DNA from: Bacteroidales bacterium
GTDB taxonomy: Bacteria > Bacteroidota > Bacteroidia > Bacteroidales > ML635J-15
Assembly (NCBI GenBank): GCA_027858835.1
Contig: JAQIBY010000143.1
Span: 4,332-68,331 of the forward strand
Direction: 5' to 3'
DNA length: 64,000 bases
Each line of letters opens with the position of its first letter. Position 1 is the stretch's first letter. A program made the position numbers and the translations under genes. Shown here piece by piece: positions 1-8,762 of the stretch. Below the pieces are notes generated by a model. It made no database searches. It was not told the origin of the DNA and worked only from the letters and a program-made list of their open reading frames with translations.

Positions 1-246
1 GGAGAAATAGACAAAATCGCCATTGCCAAAGGCGTAAGAGCAAAGCAAATAGAAAAAGACTATGTTATCTCTTGGATTCTTTGGGGAATTGCCCAAAACA
101 AATTGTTAAATAACAAGATAGTATTTAAGGGAGGAACCTGCTTAAAGAAAATGCACTTTGTAGATTACAGGTACTCTGAAGACATGGATTTTACACTGCG
201 AGATGATAGTGTGTCTGATGAAGATATTTTGAAGAATGTGGTGTAG
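1..246 (+). pseudogene. AbiEii/AbiGii-type nucleotidyltransferase toxin (DUF1814), N-terminal fragment entering from the left edge, prematurely ended
   Basis: Frame 1 reads ...EKDYVISWILWGIAQNKLLNNKIVFKGGTCLKKMHFVDYRYSEDMDFTLRDD...KNVV*. The FKGGT.L.K and R(Y/F)SEDxDF motifs are the N-terminal signature of this family. Full-length members continue for roughly 200 aa. Here the TAG at 244-246 lies inside a palindromic repeat and no coding continuation follows. Confidence 0.6.
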
Positions 247-289
247 TGGACAAAAAGGAGGCTGTTTTTACCAACTATTTTGTCCATTA
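244..289. repeat. 46-bp palindromic mini-element made of the two terminal inverted repeats seen at 59782-60107
   Basis: TAGTGGACAAAAAGGAGGCTGT (244-265) and TACCAACTATTTTGTCCATTA (269-289) form an 8-bp GGACAAAA/TTTTGTCC stem. The arms match the left TIR (18/22) and right TIR (19/21) of the element at 59.8-60.1 kb. Confidence 0.55.
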
Positions 290-319
290 ACCCTAAGTCT
301 AGCTCTTTTTCTCTTTAAC

Positions 320-605
320 TTCCCGTCCTGCAGGCTGGTCCGCACTCACATTAACGAAACGGTAGTGCAATGAAATTCCATGCTTGATTAATCCCGTTTC
401 CAATTTTTACATTCACATCGGGACTCAACTGCAACAGGGCGGAAACCGGCAGCCTTGCCTTGCGGGTTTTTAGTGTGAACAGCTGATGCATAGTGACCGT
501 AGGAAACTCATGCAAGCAGCTTGTGAACAGAAAAACCTGTACGGCAAGCTATAGGTTGCAGACCGTTCGCCGGAGTAGGTTTACGGGTGGGGGCGAGTTG
601 CCCAA
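320..605. ncRNA. Candidate structured non-coding RNA, class and strand unassigned
   Basis: By hand count, 321-600 is about 51% G+C, visibly richer than the AT-rich surroundings. There is no credible ORF. Several nested helices can be drawn: 356-362/394-400, 443-447/465-469 enclosing GGCA/UGCC 448-451/456-459, 479-491/510-524, 323-334/536-544 and 591-594/600-603. Confidence 0.35.
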
Positions 606-662
606 ATTATACCGAATAAATATCAAAATTTTATCCAAAGAATACTTTTGCGCTTTCACAGT

Positions 663-1907
663 TTATCGCGCAACCAATTTATAGACTTTGTCTGATCGAC
701 GGATTAGGGTGTTGAGTTTGAAGGAAACCCGAGCGGTTTTGGGTGCTGTTTTAACCACTTGGTCATCAACCCGAAGCTCGGTGATTGTGTGCTCTACAAC
801 GCCGGTGGTTGGACCAATAATGACAATTTCATCATCGACAGAAAGCGTTCCGGCTTCTAACAAAATATCAGCAACTTGAATTTTGTCAAAATAATTCATG
901 CCCTTACCGATATATTGCTTTTTCTTAGTGGATTTTGAGCCGTATTCTTCTGCCCATTCGCCGAGTTTCTGACCCATGTAATAGCCGTCCCAAAACCCGC
1001 GATTGAAAACCGTTTTGAGTTGTTCGTTCCATACTTTTAGTTTTTCCTGTCCGAAGCTGCCGTCAATTACAGCGTGAATTGCTTCATCATAAATTTTCAC
1101 AACGGTTTTCACATATTCGGCTGAGCGCGCACGTCCTTCAATTTTTAACACGCTAATTCCGCTTGCCAGCAATTTATCCAGAAAGTCGATGGTTTTTAAA
1201 TCTTTCGGTGACATGATGTATTCATTGTCCACTTCAAGCTCAAACCCGCTTTCTTTGTCGATTACTTGATATGCGCGGCGGCAAGTTTGATAACAGGCAC
1301 CACGATTTGCTGATTTATTAAATTCGTGCAGACTTAAATAGCATTTTCCGGAAATTGCCATGCAAAGTGCGCCGTGTACAAAGCTCTCAATCTGCAAAAG
1401 CTTGCCATTTGGACCTTTAATTTGTTGTAAGGAAATCTGTTTGCTGATTTCTGCAACCTGCGCTAAATTCAATTCCCTTGCGGTGACAATTACATCGCAA
1501 AACTGTGAAAAAAAGCTTGCCGATTGGGTATTTGAAATATTAAGTTGTGTGCTTGCATGTACCTCCATGTCGATTTCACGGCAATATTGGATAACTGCCA
1601 TGTCTGATGCGATTATTGCGGTAATTCCCTCTGCTTTTGCTGTCCGAACAGTTTCCTGCATTTCAGGAATCTCGTAATCGTAAATTACCGTATTTACTGT
1701 AAGATAGGATTGAATGCCGTTTTCTTTACAAATCGCTGTAATTTTTCGCAAATCATCCAAGTTAAAATTATTGGATGAACGGGAGCGCATATTCAATTGT
1801 CCGACACCAAAATAGACAGAATCGGCACCTCCCTGAATGGCTGCCATTAGTGATTCATAAGAACCAACCGGAGCCATTAGGTTAATATCAGAACGTTTCA
1901 TGCACAC
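663..1907 (-). CDS. U32 family peptidase (collagenase-like)
   Basis: 414-aa ORF. The N-terminus INLMAPVGSYESLMAAIQGGADSVYFG and the length are typical of peptidase U32. It sits 3 nt downstream of lon on the same strand. Confidence 0.75.
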   Translation of the reverse strand: MCMKRSDINLMAPVGSYESLMAAIQGGADSVYFGVGQLNMRSRSSNNFNLDDLRKITAICKENGIQSYLTVNTVIYDYEIPEMQETVRTAKAEGITAIIASDMAVIQYCREIDMEVHASTQLNISNTQSASFFSQFCDVIVTARELNLAQVAEISKQISLQQIKGPNGKLLQIESFVHGALCMAISGKCYLSLHEFNKSANRGACYQTCRRAYQVIDKESGFELEVDNEYIMSPKDLKTIDFLDKLLASGISVLKIEGRARSAEYVKTVVKIYDEAIHAVIDGSFGQEKLKVWNEQLKTVFNRGFWDGYYMGQKLGEWAEEYGSKSTKKKQYIGKGMNYFDKIQVADILLEAGTLSVDDEIVIIGPTTGVVEHTITELRVDDQVVKTAPKTARVSFKLNTLIRRSDKVYKLVAR

Positions 1908-1910
1908 GAA

Positions 1911-4367
1911 TTAAGCGGTAATTAATTTTGCATCCTGCACTTTTTGTTTCAACAAAGCGATATTCATTACATCAAGAATGGTTTTCACATAATGAAATTT
2001 CAATCCTTTGATATATATTTCAGGAATTTCTTTGATGTCTTTTTCATTGATTTTCGATAAGATAATATCTGTAATTCCTGCACGTTTTGCTGCCAGAATT
2101 TTCTCTTTAATTCCGCCGACGGGAAGCACATGTCCCCGCAAAGTAATTTCTCCGGTCATCGCCAGATTTTTCTTCACTTTTCGCTGAGTAAATGCTGATG
2201 CAACGGAAACTGCCATTGTGATGCCTGCAGAAGGTCCATCTTTTGGGATTGCGCCTTCAGGAACATGCATGTGAACATTCCACTTATCAAAAACTGCATT
2301 GTCAATGTTAAGTAAATCGGCGTGTGATTTAATATATTCCAGCGCAATGGTTGCCGATTCTTTCATAACATCGCCGAGATTTCCCGTGATTGTTAGATTT
2401 CCTTTTCCTCTTGACAAACTGGTTTCTATATATAGGATATCGCCACCTACAGGAGTCCATGCTAGACCGGTAACAACACCGGCATGTTCGTTTCCAATAT
2501 AATTATTTTTGAAAAATACAGGGTTTCCGAGTAAATCAACAAGATGTTCGGGTTTTATGGTTTTCGGGTAAGACTCATCCATTGCAACGCGTTTTGCAAT
2601 TTGACGAATAAGTTTTGCAATTTGCTTGTCTAAACCACGCACTCCGGATTCCTTGGTAAAACACTCAACAATATTGCTGATTGCCTTATCGGATACGGTA
2701 ATTTTATTCTTTTCTACCCCATGAGCTAATTGCTGTTTAGGAATCAGATGTCGTTTTGCGATTTCAATTTTTTCTTCCTGAACATATCCGCTGACATCAA
2801 TCATTTCCATACGATCTTTCAGCGCCGGATTAATGGTTGCAGTGGTATTTGCTGTTGCAATAAACATGACATTTGACAAATCATAATCCACTTCAAGATA
2901 ATTGTCGTGAAATTCTTTATTTTGCTCGGGGTCAAGCACTTCAAGCAATGCAGATGCAGGGTCTCCGCGGAAATCACTACCGACTTTATCAATTTCATCG
3001 AGTACAAAAACTGGGTTTATACTTTTTACTTTACGGATATTTTGGATAACCCGACCCGGCATGGCGCCAATGTAAGTTTTTCGATGTCCTCGGATTTCAG
3101 ATTCATCATGCAAGCCACCGAGTGACATGCGGACGTATTTTCTACCCAAAGCTCTGGCAACACTTTTACCCAGCGATGTTTTTCCAACTCCGGGAGGGCC
3201 AACAAGACATAAAATCGGCGCTTTCATGTCACCTTTCAGTTTCAAAACGGCAAGATGCTCAATAATACGGTCTTTTACTTTGTCGAGTCCGTAATGGTCT
3301 GAATCCAGAATTTCTTCTGCGTATTTTAAATCAAAATTATCATCCGTTCGCTCGCTCCAGGGAATATCAAGCAGCGTTTGCAAATAATTCAATTGCACGG
3401 AGTACTCACCTGCCGCAGGATTCATGAATTGTAATTTATTTACTTCCTTCTCGAAATGCTTGCCGACATAATCTGCCCATTTTTTCTTTTTGGCTTCTTC
3501 TTTTAAGATATTGATTTCCTGCTCCATGGGATTTCCGCCAAGTTCATTTTGAATGGTTTTCATCTGCTGGTGAAGCAAGTATTCTTTTTGTTGTTGAGAT
3601 ATTTCCTGTCTGGCTTTGTTTTGAATTTCCTGTTTTAGTTTCAGCATCTCCACCTGCTTACTCAGGGTTTCCAAAAGTTTTGTCGCCCGTTCTTTGATGT
3701 CGTCAATTTCCAATAAATCCTGTTTGTCTTTTAATTCAATATCGCTGTTTGAGCAAATAAAATTGATCAGGAAACTGGAGTTTTGAATGCTTCTGATTGC
3801 AAAAGACACCTCATGAGGAATGTTTTGATTCAGCTTGACAATGTTTAAAGCGATGTCTTTCAATGACCCGACCAGTGCGACAAATTCGCTATCGTGTTCG
3901 TAAGGTCTGAGCTCCATGAGTGGACGTACATTCGCAATAAAATATGGGTCGGTTGTAACATAACTTGTAATTTCGAAGCGTTTTTGTCCTTGGATAATAA
4001 CAGAAACCGTTCCGTCAGGCATTTCTATGACTTTCAGAATTTTTGCAAGGCTTCCTATATTCACAAGGTCTTCCGGATTTGGTTCTTCAATTTCCGCATT
4101 TTTCTGTGAGATACAGCCTATCATTTTAGTTCCACTATATGCATCATGAATTAACTTCATTGATTTTTCTCGTCCCACCGTGATTGGCATGACAACTCCA
4201 GGAAATAAAACCGTGTTTCGTAATGGAATGATTGGAAGTTCTTTTGGCATTTCAGTATTTGAAAGTGCCTCTTCATCATCATCCGCAATAATCGGTATTA
4301 TTTCTGAATCATTTTGCATTTTTGAAAGAAACAGTGCTTCTAAATCTTTATCTTTTTGATGTCCCAT
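1911..4367 (-). CDS. lon: ATP-dependent Lon protease (endopeptidase La)
   Basis: 818 aa. Walker [10 protein letters not shown], catalytic [11 protein letters not shown] serine motif and [14 protein letters not shown] lysine motif. Confidence 0.95.
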   Translation of the reverse strand: MGHQKDKDLEALFLSKMQNDSEIIPIIADDDEEALSNTEMPKELPIIPLRNTVLFPGVVMPITVGREKSMKLIHDAYSGTKMIGCISQKNAEIEEPNPEDLVNIGSLAKILKVIEMPDGTVSVIIQGQKRFEITSYVTTDPYFIANVRPLMELRPYEHDSEFVALVGSLKDIALNIVKLNQNIPHEVSFAIRSIQNSSFLINFICSNSDIELKDKQDLLEIDDIKERATKLLETLSKQVEMLKLKQEIQNKARQEISQQQKEYLLHQQMKTIQNELGGNPMEQEINILKEEAKKKKWADYVGKHFEKEVNKLQFMNPAAGEYSVQLNYLQTLLDIPWSERTDDNFDLKYAEEILDSDHYGLDKVKDRIIEHLAVLKLKGDMKAPILCLVGPPGVGKTSLGKSVARALGRKYVRMSLGGLHDESEIRGHRKTYIGAMPGRVIQNIRKVKSINPVFVLDEIDKVGSDFRGDPASALLEVLDPEQNKEFHDNYLEVDYDLSNVMFIATANTTATINPALKDRMEMIDVSGYVQEEKIEIAKRHLIPKQQLAHGVEKNKITVSDKAISNIVECFTKESGVRGLDKQIAKLIRQIAKRVAMDESYPKTIKPEHLVDLLGNPVFFKNNYIGNEHAGVVTGLAWTPVGGDILYIETSLSRGKGNLTITGNLGDVMKESATIALEYIKSHADLLNIDNAVFDKWNVHMHVPEGAIPKDGPSAGITMAVSVASAFTQRKVKKNLAMTGEITLRGHVLPVGGIKEKILAAKRAGITDIILSKINEKDIKEIPEIYIKGLKFHYVKTILDVMNIALLKQKVQDAKLITA

Positions 4368-4431
4368 AGTTCGTTCTTCTCCTCTGTAATTATATTAAGT
4401 ATCCAAATAACAGATTAGTTGGCATTATGTT

Positions 4432-5613
4432 TTAATGAAATTTGCGATAGTTTTGCGATGCTTGAAAAATATGTTCCATAATGCTTTTATCTTCATCAGA
4501 AAGTTGAATGCTTCTGCGCTTCATGACAATTTCGGCAACTGACAATGCTTTATTAATTGCGTATTCAGTGTATCCACCTGAACCGCCCCAGGCAAAAGAC
4601 GGAATGAAATTTCTTGGGAAGCCGGCTCCAAAAACATTACAGTTTACACCGATAACGGTTCCTGTATTAAGCATCGTGTTAATGCCGCATTTGGAATGAT
4701 CACCCATGATTGTTCCACAAAATTGCAAGCCTGTTTTTGAGAATCCGTTGGTTTCATAATCCCACATTCTGACTTGTGCGTAATTATTTTTCAAATTTGA
4801 ATTATTTGTATCAGCTCCCAGATTACACCATTCTCCAATAACTGCATTGCCGAGGAATCCATCATGCGCTTTATTTGAATAGCCGAAAATCACCACATTA
4901 TTTAGTTCTCCACCAACTTTCACATGCGGACCTAAAACTGTCGGTCCATAAATTTTGGCACCCATTTTAACGGCAGAATGCTCGCACATGGCAAAAGGGC
5001 CGCGAACTTGGCTTCCTTCCATGATTTCAGCATCTTTTCCTATGTAAATCGGACCATTTGTTGTATTTAGCACTGCAGCTTCAATTTTTGCTCCTTTTTC
5101 AAGGAAAACCGGATGATTGCCGATAATGATATTTGTATCAGAAATTTTATCTGAAATGCGATCTTTTGTGAGCAAATCAAAATCAAATTGAATCATGCGT
5201 CCGGCATGTGTGAAAATATCCCAAGTATGTTCAATAATAAGACATTCTTTTTCATATTCCATGACAGGAGCAGGTGGATTTGTCTGGAGATCTGAAATTT
5301 CAGAATCAGTGCAAATTGCAGCTAGGGTTCTTCCTTGTTGGACAATGCTTCCCTTTTTTAAGGCCAAGATTTCGGAAATAATTTCATCATCAGGCATTAA
5401 TCCGGCATGAATTATCAGATTTTGGGTTTTGGATTTAAGTGGGAATTTTCCCTGAATGTAATCCTCTGTAAAAACACTACAATTCGTATTGAATACTTTT
5501 TCCCATCGAGATTTTGATGTTAGTATGCCGGTACGAAATTCTGCAATTGGCCTTGTCCAGCTTAATGGTTTCATTGCATTATGTAGTCCTGCATCTGTGA
5601 TTATGATATTCAT
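4432..5613 (-). CDS. GlmU-family putative sugar nucleotidyltransferase / left-handed beta-helix protein
   Basis: 393 aa. The C-terminal half is rich in hexapeptide-repeat-like [LIV]G motifs (VIGEWCNLGADTNNSNL, GTVIGVNCNVFGAG). The N-terminal half is nucleotidyltransferase-like. Confidence 0.55.
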   Translation of the reverse strand: MNIIITDAGLHNAMKPLSWTRPIAEFRTGILTSKSRWEKVFNTNCSVFTEDYIQGKFPLKSKTQNLIIHAGLMPDDEIISEILALKKGSIVQQGRTLAAICTDSEISDLQTNPPAPVMEYEKECLIIEHTWDIFTHAGRMIQFDFDLLTKDRISDKISDTNIIIGNHPVFLEKGAKIEAAVLNTTNGPIYIGKDAEIMEGSQVRGPFAMCEHSAVKMGAKIYGPTVLGPHVKVGGELNNVVIFGYSNKAHDGFLGNAVIGEWCNLGADTNNSNLKNNYAQVRMWDYETNGFSKTGLQFCGTIMGDHSKCGINTMLNTGTVIGVNCNVFGAGFPRNFIPSFAWGGSGGYTEYAINKALSVAEIVMKRRSIQLSDEDKSIMEHIFQASQNYRKFH

Positions 5614-5677
5614 AATGTTTCAGATTAAGTAAAAAGCCCAAAGATACAAAATCTTGGGGAAGGCTAAGTTTTGGGGA

Positions 5678-5712
5678 ATAAAAAAAGCCTTTCAAAATAT
5701 TTGAAAGGCTTT
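5678..5712 (-). terminator. Rho-independent terminator downstream of rpmE2
   Basis: 13-bp stem AAAGCCTTTCAAA/TTTGAAAGGCTTT (5684-5696/5700-5712). The plus-strand A-run at 5681-5686 gives a U-run on the minus strand. Confidence 0.7.
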
Positions 5713-5729
5713 CATGTATGAAAATCTGA

Positions 5730-5993
5730 TTATTGTTTTTTATCAGTGTAATGTTTTTTGTAACGGTTACGGAATTTGTCAACACGTCCTGCAGTATCAA
5801 CAAGTTTCACTTTACCGGTATAGAAGGGATGAGATGTGTCTGAAATCTCAAGTTTGCAAAGCGGATATTCAGTACCGTCAACATCAATTTTCTCTTTTGT
5901 TTGTACAGTTGATTTAGTGATAAACACTTCCTCATTTGACATATCTTTGAATGCCACCATCCTGTAATTATCTGCGTGTATTCCCTTTTTCAT
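5730..5993 (-). CDS. rpmE2: 50S ribosomal protein L31 type B
   Basis: 87 aa, [15 protein letters not shown]...SHPFYTGK...[14 protein letters not shown]. It lacks the CxxC zinc motif, as type B L31 does. Confidence 0.9.
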   Translation of the reverse strand: MKKGIHADNYRMVAFKDMSNEEVFITKSTVQTKEKIDVDGTEYPLCKLEISDTSHPFYTGKVKLVDTAGRVDKFRNRYKKHYTDKKQ

Positions 5994-6065
5994 TGCTCTA
6001 TTGTTTTGAAATTCAATTTTATTTGGGCTGCAAATGTAAGTAAAGCTTGTGAAAAAACAAAACTT

Positions 6066-7274
6066 TTAATCGTTATTATAAACTTTTTTTGCCTTATCGC
6101 TCTCTTCATTGGTAAACCGCACAAATTCGGCGTCTCTGTCAAAGAGATAACGGAAAGTCGCATGCGTTTTTGCTTTTTCTGCATTATCCATTTGTTTGTA
6201 AATTTTATTCACGGTATGGTTATATTCTCCCACCCAAGACATTTCGAGTTCTTTAATGCCATGTTCTTTAAGAGATTTAGCCATTTTCAAAAATAAAGGT
6301 GCAATAATTCCGCTGCGTTGATATTCCGGAATCATTCCTGAGATTAATTGTCTGGCACGTGTTAAAACTTTCCGATTTTTCCGACGTTGAACGAAACGAA
6401 TTTTGTTGATGAGATTTAGTTTTCCGTTAAATGGTTTAATAACCTGATTAACATCGGGGAAGGTAATTACCATACCGATTGGTTTTCCGTCATCATATGC
6501 AAACCAGATAAACTCTTCATTGATAATATCTTTGGCATCATCCAGAATTTGTGCAATTTCCGAACGATCCAGGGGGGTGTAATCTTCATGAAAATCTGAC
6601 CAAACTGCATTGAAAATATCTGTTACCTCATCGATAAACCGATCTTTTTGAGATAATTTTAAATGTTCGAATGTGAAATTTCCTTTTCGCATCAAGAATT
6701 TTGCGAATTTCTCCTGTCTTTCATTGAAAGGTTTTGTCAGGTCAACATGATAGGAAAATTGGTTGAAATAATTTTCAAACCCATAGGTTTCAAACAGAGT
6801 TTTATAGTATGGCTTATGATATTGCATTCCGTATGCTTGATGAGTGTACCCTTCAATAAGAAGACCCCAGTAAACAAAGTTTTCCCCAAAATTTACCGGC
6901 CCGTCCATTGCTTCCATCCCTTCTGATTTCAGCCAGTCTCGCGCTGTGTCAAAAAGCATATCTGCAACTTTCTGATTGTCTATGCTTTCAAAAAAACCGA
7001 CACCACCGGCATATGGCTTGCTTTTCAGGGCTTTTTCACGATGATAAAATGCGCCAATCCTACCGACAGCTTGTTTGTCGGAATCAACAACAATCCATCG
7101 CCGTGCATCGCCGTGATTAAAAGCCGAATTATGTTTCGGATCAAAAATTGATTCAATTTCGATATCTAAAGGACAGACCCAATGTGGATCATCTGCGTAA
7201 ATGATTCTGGCACAGTTGAAAAACTGTTTTTTCTCTGCCTTGTCTTTAACTTCGACTAAATTAAATTCTGACAT
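6066..7274 (-). CDS. GNAT-fold acyltransferase-like protein (uncharacterised)
   Basis: 402 aa. The C-terminal half carries an acetyl-CoA-site-like motif, YQRSGIIAPLF. Confidence 0.45.
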   Translation of the reverse strand: MSEFNLVEVKDKAEKKQFFNCARIIYADDPHWVCPLDIEIESIFDPKHNSAFNHGDARRWIVVDSDKQAVGRIGAFYHREKALKSKPYAGGVGFFESIDNQKVADMLFDTARDWLKSEGMEAMDGPVNFGENFVYWGLLIEGYTHQAYGMQYHKPYYKTLFETYGFENYFNQFSYHVDLTKPFNERQEKFAKFLMRKGNFTFEHLKLSQKDRFIDEVTDIFNAVWSDFHEDYTPLDRSEIAQILDDAKDIINEEFIWFAYDDGKPIGMVITFPDVNQVIKPFNGKLNLINKIRFVQRRKNRKVLTRARQLISGMIPEYQRSGIIAPLFLKMAKSLKEHGIKELEMSWVGEYNHTVNKIYKQMDNAEKAKTHATFRYLFDRDAEFVRFTNEESDKAKKVYNND

Positions 7275-7285
7275 AATGACTAATT

Positions 7286-8026
7286 TTAACGTCGCAATTT
7301 AGCTAATAATCGCAAGATTTCAAGATATAACCAAATTAAAGTTACCATTAAACCGAATGCGCCGTACCATTCATAGTTTTTGGACAGCCCCATTGCAGCG
7401 CCTTTTTCAATATTGTCAAAGTCAAGAATTAAATTGAATGCTGCAATGCCGACAACAAGCAAGCTAAAACCGATGCCGGCAATTCCATTGTCATAAATTA
7501 AAGCAATTCCGGAACCTCCAAAGAGGGAAAACACAAAGTTTAAAATGTAAACCACCGCAATTGCGCCCGTTGCAATAATGACTCCCTTTCGAAATGCCGG
7601 AGTGGCTTTTAAAACGCCGGTGCGATAAAGTGTCAGCATCAGAAATAATGTAGCAGCAGTGAGTAATACCGCGTGCACGACAATGCCTTCGTAAATGTAA
7701 TTGTACATTGCGCTAATGCCGCCCAAAAAGAGTCCTTCTGCCAGTGCATAAAGCGGCACGGTGACTTGCACATATTTTGGACTAAAAATTGTGATTAGAG
7801 CCAAAATAAAGCCCACAATAGCGGAGCCGATAACCAGCGGCATTGCGAAAGATGCACCTTCTGCAATCATCTTCCAGGAAATGCTTCCGGCGGCAATAAT
7901 TATTAACACCATAAACAAACTTTTGTTGATGGTTCCTCGAATGGACATGGTTCCTGTTTCGGTGTTTGTGTTTGCAAATGCTTTTAAAGCAGTTTTGCTG
8001 CTGAATGCAGGATTTGATGTTCTCAT
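7286..8026 (-). CDS. Bax inhibitor-1/YccA-like integral membrane protein
   Basis: 246 aa with about 6-7 hydrophobic spans. The MRTSNPAFS N-terminus is typical of this membrane family. Confidence 0.55.
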   Translation of the reverse strand: MRTSNPAFSSKTALKAFANTNTETGTMSIRGTINKSLFMVLIIIAAGSISWKMIAEGASFAMPLVIGSAIVGFILALITIFSPKYVQVTVPLYALAEGLFLGGISAMYNYIYEGIVVHAVLLTAATLFLMLTLYRTGVLKATPAFRKGVIIATGAIAVVYILNFVFSLFGGSGIALIYDNGIAGIGFSLLVVGIAAFNLILDFDNIEKGAAMGLSKNYEWYGAFGLMVTLIWLYLEILRLLAKLRR

Positions 8027-8044
8027 AATGTGATTAAAATTTTA

Positions 8045-8761
8045 TTACAAGTTTTTTAACACAGGATTTTTAGGGACAGTTGCCTGAAATGCTTTCAGAT
8101 AAAATGGTTCATAATATGCCAAGTCAACAAATTGGCTTTCTGCAAATTTTTGTTCAGCAATTTCTGTCATGTATTGCGCATCAGGGAGGATTTCGTTCAC
8201 AAAAATGGCATTTCTATGTGAAATGACATCTTGACATTTATTGCTTCCATCTCCAAAAAACACTAAAGTATTGGTTTTAAGATAGGATTTAAAGCTTTTT
8301 TCATCAATGATTTCTGCCTGAACTTTACGGATGACTTGTTTTTGTGTACCAAAAATACAGTTATAAACCTCCATTCTACGGGCATCAATCATGGGAACAA
8401 ATAAATCTGCATCCTGAGGAATCATTTGTTTTTTTTCGGCTTCGGTTTTTAAATGTGCCAGCATGATTTCCAGCGTGGGAATGGCAATAAGCGGAATGTT
8501 TGCTCCGTAGCATATGCCTTTTGCAGCAGAAATTCCGATTCGTAATCCGGTGTAAGATCCCGGTCCTTCGCTAACCGAAACAGCATCTAAATTCTTTGCT
8601 TCAATTCCGATGGATGCCAAAGCATCAATTATCATTTGTGTTAAATGTGCTGCATGGCTTCGCTCCTCTTCGATTCGTAAATGGGCAAGTGTTTTGCTGT
8701 TTTCTGAAATTGCAACGGAGCAATTTTTTCCGGAGGTTTCTATATGTAAAATCTTAGCCAT
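8045..8761 (-). CDS. tsaB: tRNA t6A37 biosynthesis protein TsaB
   Basis: KILHIETSGKNCSVAI and GPGSYTGLRIG motifs. I chose the start at MAKIL (ATG 8759-8761) rather than the track start at 8791, which would overlap the upstream gene by about 30 nt. Confidence 0.85.
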   Translation of the reverse strand: MAKILHIETSGKNCSVAISENSKTLAHLRIEEERSHAAHLTQMIIDALASIGIEAKNLDAVSVSEGPGSYTGLRIGISAAKGICYGANIPLIAIPTLEIMLAHLKTEAEKKQMIPQDADLFVPMIDARRMEVYNCIFGTQKQVIRKVQAEIIDEKSFKSYLKTNTLVFFGDGSNKCQDVISHRNAIFVNEILPDAQYMTEIAEQKFAESQFVDLAYYEPFYLKAFQATVPKNPVLKNL

Positions 8762-8762
8762 T

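Noticed and set aside
300-650. RNase P RNA (rnpB) or tmRNA identity for the GC-rich block
   Set aside because: Some strings resemble rnpB J11/12 and P9-P10 region sequences. However, the universal GGAAAGUCC (P4 5' strand) is absent, the ACAGAA-like string is in the wrong order relative to the GGUUUAC string, and there is no room for the 3' third of the molecule before the U32 gene. There is no tRNA-like acceptor/T-arm or tag ORF as tmRNA would need.
493-684. 63-aa ORF inside the GC-rich block
   Set aside because: The composition is not protein-like, there is no start context, and it runs into the 3' end of the convergent U32 gene.
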